Part shown: in pieces, positions 60,212-64,000 of the stretch
How the letters are laid out: every line of letters begins with the position of its first letter
Position numbering within the stretch: the stretch's first letter is position 1
NCBI RefSeq assembly: GCF_028369095.1
Contig: NZ_JAQNDN010000024.1
Coordinates: forward strand, 89,350-153,349
Reading direction: 5' to 3'
DNA from: Nannocystis radixulma
GTDB lineage: Bacteria; Myxococcota_A; Polyangia; Nannocystales; Nannocystaceae
Length of the DNA: 64,000 nt
Position numbers and translations under genes: made by a program
The notes under the pieces: generated by a model
The model's input: only the letters and a program-made list of their open reading frames with translations
Databases searched by the model: none
Told to the model about the DNA's origin: nothing

Positions 60212-62248
60212 GTGTCGCGCTCGCACCGGATCCTGCCTGTCCTTTCGATCTTGTGGGTCGGCTGCACCGATCCGCCGCTGATGTCGGAGACGACGGACTC
60301 GGTGACGATGCCGCCGAGCACGATGCCGTACGACCCGTCGCAGGGCGGGAACGTGACGGGCTACGCCACGGGAGGGCCCGAGCCGACCACCGGTGAGCCG
60401 ACCACCGGCGAGCCGCCGCCGCCGATGTGCGACGACGCGCTGAAGCGCTGCGACCACGAGTTCACGTACCCCGACAACGGCGAGACGTCGGTCGATGTGA
60501 TGGGGAGCTTCGCGCCCGACGGGTGGACGAAGGGCGCGGCGATGAAGAGCGACGGGACGACCTGGCGCGTGACCGTGACGGTCCCCTGGGACACCCCGGT
60601 GCAGTACAAGCTGCGCATCGACGGGTCGATGAGCTGGATCCCCGACCCGAACAACCCCGAGCAGATCGACGACGGGTTCGGCGGCTACAACTCGGTGCTC
60701 GAGCCGAAGACCTGCGACCCGTTCACCTGCGAGGCGGCCTCGTGCGGGGCGCCGCAGGAGGGTCAGTTCGACTGGCGCGACGCGGTGATCTACTTCGTGT
60801 TCGTCGACCGCTTCAACAACGGCGACCCGGGCAACGACGCGCTGATCGGGGTCGAGACGGCGGCCGACTGGCAGGGCGGCGACTGGGCGGGGGTGACGGC
60901 GAAGATCGAGGAGGGGTACTTCACCGAGCTCGGGATCAACACGCTGTGGTTGACGGTGCCGATGAACAACACGTCGGATGACGGCCTCGGCACCGACGGG
61001 CACCTGTACAGCGCGTACCACGGCTACTGGCCGACCGACCTGACGCAGACCGAGGAGCACTTCGGCACGCTGGCGGAGCTGCAGGCGCTGGTGGCGGCGG
61101 CCCACACGGCCGACCTCAAGGTGATCCTCGACTACGCGATGAACCACGTGCACATCAGCGCGCCGGTCTACGCCGACAACCCCGACTGGTTCAACCCCAA
61201 CGACAACGGGAGCGGCGGCAATTGCGTGTGCGGGGCCGGCTGCTCGTGGGACGGGGCCGACGGCGAGCGCTGCTGGTTCACCGACTACCTGCCCGACTTC
61301 AACTTCGGCAACCAGGCGGCCCGCGACTTCTCGGTCGACAACGCGATCCAGTGGATCATGGACACCGGCGCCGACGGGTTCCGCCTCGACGCGGTCAAGC
61401 ACATCAAGATCGAGTGGCTGACCGACCTGCGCGCGCGCGTGCAGGCCGACGTCGAGCCGATGTCGGGCCAGCACTTCTACATGGTCGGCGAGACGTTCAC
61501 GGGCGACAAGCCGACCATCAACAAGTACGTCGGCTGCGACAAGCTCGACGGCCAGTTCGATTTCCCGCTGCGCATGCAGATGGCCTACAACGTGCTGATG
61601 CGCCAGGGCTCGATGGGAGAGCTGGCCGACTTCTACGACGCCAACAACAATTATTACAACGGCGGGGCGGCGGTGATGAGCACGTTCATCGGCAACCACG
61701 ACATCCCGCGCGCGATCCACCTGGCCGAGGACTCGCCGCTGTGGAACAACCAGTGGGCCGACGGCAAGGACCGGGCGTGGGACAACAAGCCGGGGCTGCC
61801 GGGCGGCGCCGCGGCGTTCGAGCGCCTGGGGCTTTCGTTCACGATGCTCTACACGTCGCTCGGCGCGCCGCTGGTGTACTACGGCGACGAAGTCGGCATG
61901 CCCGGCGCCGGCGACCCCGACAACCGCCGCTTCATGCAGTGGGACGGCTACTCGGCGGGGCAGACCTGGCTCTTGGGTCATATCCAGGATCTGGGGGCGA
62001 TCCGCGCGGCTCACCCGGCGCTGCGCCGCGGCTCGTACACGCGCCTCGGCGCCGATGCCGACAGCTTCGCCTACTCGATGTCCGGCGAGGGCGAGACGGT
62101 GACGGTGGCCGTCAACCGCAGCGACGCCGACAAGTCGGTCGGCAACCTGCCGGCGATGACGCTGAAGGACGAGTTGACCGGCGAGATGGTCGAGGGGCCG
62201 ATGGTGACGGTGCCGGCCCGCTCGGCGCGGATCCTGGTCGCGCCCTGA
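60212..62248 (+). CDS. GH13 alpha-amylase-family lipoprotein with N-terminal CBM-like domain and Pro/Thr linker
   Basis: GTG start gives VSRSHRILPVLSILWVGC lipobox. GFRLDAVKH, FIGNHD, YYGDE motifs. Confidence 0.85.
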   Translation: MSRSHRILPVLSILWVGCTDPPLMSETTDSVTMPPSTMPYDPSQGGNVTGYATGGPEPTTGEPTTGEPPPPMCDDALKRCDHEFTYPDNGETSVDVMGSFAPDGWTKGAAMKSDGTTWRVTVTVPWDTPVQYKLRIDGSMSWIPDPNNPEQIDDGFGGYNSVLEPKTCDPFTCEAASCGAPQEGQFDWRDAVIYFVFVDRFNNGDPGNDALIGVETAADWQGGDWAGVTAKIEEGYFTELGINTLWLTVPMNNTSDDGLGTDGHLYSAYHGYWPTDLTQTEEHFGTLAELQALVAAAHTADLKVILDYAMNHVHISAPVYADNPDWFNPNDNGSGGNCVCGAGCSWDGADGERCWFTDYLPDFNFGNQAARDFSVDNAIQWIMDTGADGFRLDAVKHIKIEWLTDLRARVQADVEPMSGQHFYMVGETFTGDKPTINKYVGCDKLDGQFDFPLRMQMAYNVLMRQGSMGELADFYDANNNYYNGGAAVMSTFIGNHDIPRAIHLAEDSPLWNNQWADGKDRAWDNKPGLPGGAAAFERLGLSFTMLYTSLGAPLVYYGDEVGMPGAGDPDNRRFMQWDGYSAGQTWLLGHIQDLGAIRAAHPALRRGSYTRLGADADSFAYSMSGEGETVTVAVNRSDADKSVGNLPAMTLKDELTGEMVEGPMVTVPARSARILVAP

Positions 62249-62575
62249 CGACGCCTGTCCGTTCGGTCAGGCTCAGACGGCCGCACCTGAACCTTCACCG
62301 AGCCGGCGCCGGCCGCGGCGCCGACGGCCGCGAGGGGCGTTTCGGGGCCGCCTGCGCGCGGCTCGACGCGTCGGCCGCGAACCCGTCCGCCCGGCGGATC
62401 GCGGCGCGGGGGAGCGCGAATGTCCGTCGCGGCGGAGGTCTTCCCAGCTGTCTTCAAGGTCATGTCTGGTGATTGCCGGCGCGGCGGCCTCCGCGGCGGC
62501 GTGGGCCGCGACGAGCAGGCGGCGCGGTCACTGGCGCGGGCGCGGTCCTCGGCCATCGTGGGCGTATGCAGCCAC

Positions 62576-64000
62576 GCAGAGCTCAATTTTCGCGGATCTG
62601 GTTCGTCGCCCTCGGACTGCTGCTGGCTGGTGTGACCTACGCGGGGCTGGCCGCGGCGCCGAACGGGCCGAAGCCGGCGACGGAGGCGACGCGGCAGGCC
62701 AACGCGGCGCTGCTGCAGTCGCTGCCGTTCTCGGACCGCGCCGACTTCGAGGACGCCGAGCGCGGGCTCATCGCCCGCCCGCACACGCTGACCATCACCG
62801 ACGGCGACGGTAATGTGGTGTGGGACCTCGAGCCGTTCAAGAAGTTCATCCGCCGCGACGCGCCGGCGCCCGACACGGTCAATCCGAGCCTGTGGCGACA
62901 ATCGCAGCTCAACATGATCTACGGCCTGTTCAAGGTGACCGAGCGCGTTTATCAGGTGCGCGGCTTCGACCTGGCGAACATCACGTTCATCAAGGGCGAC
63001 CGCGGGTGGATCGTGATGGACCCGCTGCTCACCGTCGAGTCGGCGAGGGCCGCGCACGCGCTGGTGAAGCAGCACCTCGGCGACCGGCCGATCGTGGCCG
63101 TGATCTACAGCCATTCGCACCCCGATCATTACGGGGGCGTGCGCGGGCTGGTCGACGAGGCCGACGTGCGCGCGGGACGGGTGCGGATCATCGCGCCGGA
63201 GGGCTTTCTCGCCCACGCGGTGAGCGAGATGGTGCTCGCGGGCGCGGCGATGACCCGCCGGGCGGCGTACATGTACGGGACGTTCCTGCCGCGCGACCCC
63301 CAGGGCACGGTCGGTGTCGGACTCGGCATCGCGAACGCGATGGGCACGGTGTCGCTGATCGCGCCGACGCAGTCGATCACGAAGACCGGGCAGGAGCTGA
63401 ACATCGACGGGGTGAAGATGGTGTTCCAGCTGACGCCCAACACCGAGGCGCCGGCCGAGATGAACACGTACTTCCCGCAGTTCAGGGCGATGTGGATGGC
63501 CGAGAACGCGACGCACACGCTTCACAACATCCTGACGCTGCGCGGGGCCCAGGTGCGCGACGCGCTGGCGTGGGCCAAGTACCTCGACGAGACGATCGAG
63601 CTGTACGGCGACGCGACCGAGGTCAAGTTCCAGGCCCACCACTGGCCGATGTGGGGCAAGGCCAACGTGCGCTCGTACCTCGAGAAGCAGCGCGATCTTT
63701 ACAAGTACATCCACGATCAATCGGTGCACATGCTGAACTTCGGCTACATCGGGCCGGAGATCGCGGAGTACCTGCAATTGCCGCCCGACCTGGCGCAGTA
63801 CTGGCCGAACCGCGACTACTACGGGACGGTGCGCCACAACTCGCGCGCGGTGTACCAGCGCTACATGGGCTTCTACAGCGGCAACCCGTCGGACCTCAAC
63901 GTGCTGCCGCAGGAGCCGGCGGCCCGCAAGTACGTCGAGTACATGGGCGGCGAGGCGGCGGCGATCGAGCGGGCCCGCACCGACTTCGAGCGCGGGGAGT
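62576..64000 (+). CDS. Alkyl/aryl sulfatase of the metallo-beta-lactamase fold (BDS1/SdsA1-like), 3' partial
   Basis: Signal peptide MQPRRAQFSRIWFVALGLLLAGVTYAGLAAAP. HSHPDHYGG MBL motif. No stop before the window ends. Absent from the supplied ORF track because it has no in-window stop. Confidence 0.85.

Noticed and set aside
59828-63837. Minus-strand ORFs 59828..62014 and 62071..63837 antisense to the amylase and sulfatase
   Set aside because: No motifs. The plus frames carry GH13 and metallo-beta-lactamase signatures.

Overview
This 64-kb window is about 70% GC and looks like a chromosomal segment from a myxobacterium (Myxococcota). The evidence is the Myxococcus cysteine-rich repeats, a MYXO-CTERM sorting tail, a FrzS/AglZ-like pseudo-receiver plus coiled-coil protein, many Pro/Thr/Ala-rich low-complexity proteins, and apparent leaderless, GTG and TTG starts. 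At this GC content all six frames carry long spurious ORFs, so genes were called from protein-family signatures, signal peptides, start and RBS context, and operon logic.

Gene content:
- Positions 1 to 6.4 kb hold two tandem paralogous Cys-rich-repeat lipoproteins and a giant (about 1350 aa) protein built of roughly 50 short P-L-F repeats.
- Positions 6.5 to 19.2 kb are one co-directional housekeeping run: yceD(DUF177)-rpmF-plsX-fabD-fabG-acpP-fabF-rpiB-nrdR-ribD-ribE-ribBA-coaBC-udg. fabH and ribH are absent from this run.
- Positions 19.4 to 36 kb hold an HU-like protein with an acidic tail, a Pro-rich lipoprotein, a TetR regulator, a three-gene minus-strand operon (secreted hypothetical, HEAT-like, Memo-like), queA, hflX-uppP, a FrzS-like gene next to a stand-alone pseudo-receiver, and an atypical Clp/Hsp100 ATPase.
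- Positions 35 to 39.5 kb hold a thioredoxin-like ferredoxin, an ExbD/TolR protein, a cupin, and a ClC channel with CBS domains.
- Positions 39.8 to 52.7 kb hold an S9 peptidase and a maltodextrin/alpha-glucan utilisation locus: a beta-barrel protein, a GH13 lipoprotein amylase, malK, a fused solute-binding-protein/MalF permease, malG, and a second GH13 enzyme.
- Positions 53 to 64 kb hold a P450, a TetR regulator with a repeat tail, a MYXO-CTERM protein, a LysR regulator with a divergent epimerase, a third GH13 amylase, and an alkyl sulfatase (3' partial).
- No rRNA, tRNA or CRISPR array was recognised.

The main hunt result is a very abundant short palindromic repeat built from the hexamer GGGACA/TGTCCC (core GGACATGTCC, variants GGACAGGTCC and GGACACGTCC). 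There are more than 50 copies at 30 or more loci, often in tandem arrays. They sit in most intergenic spacers but also in frame inside coding sequences: a loop insertion in uppP, the C-terminal tails of nrdR and ribE, several N-termini, and they sometimes supply the ATG. This behaves like Rickettsia RPE or REP-type elements and is not an element I know to have been described.

Second, an approximately 250-bp MITE-like element with 26-bp terminal inverted repeats is present twice. It also carries the GGACA motif.

Other oddities are itemised in the findings.
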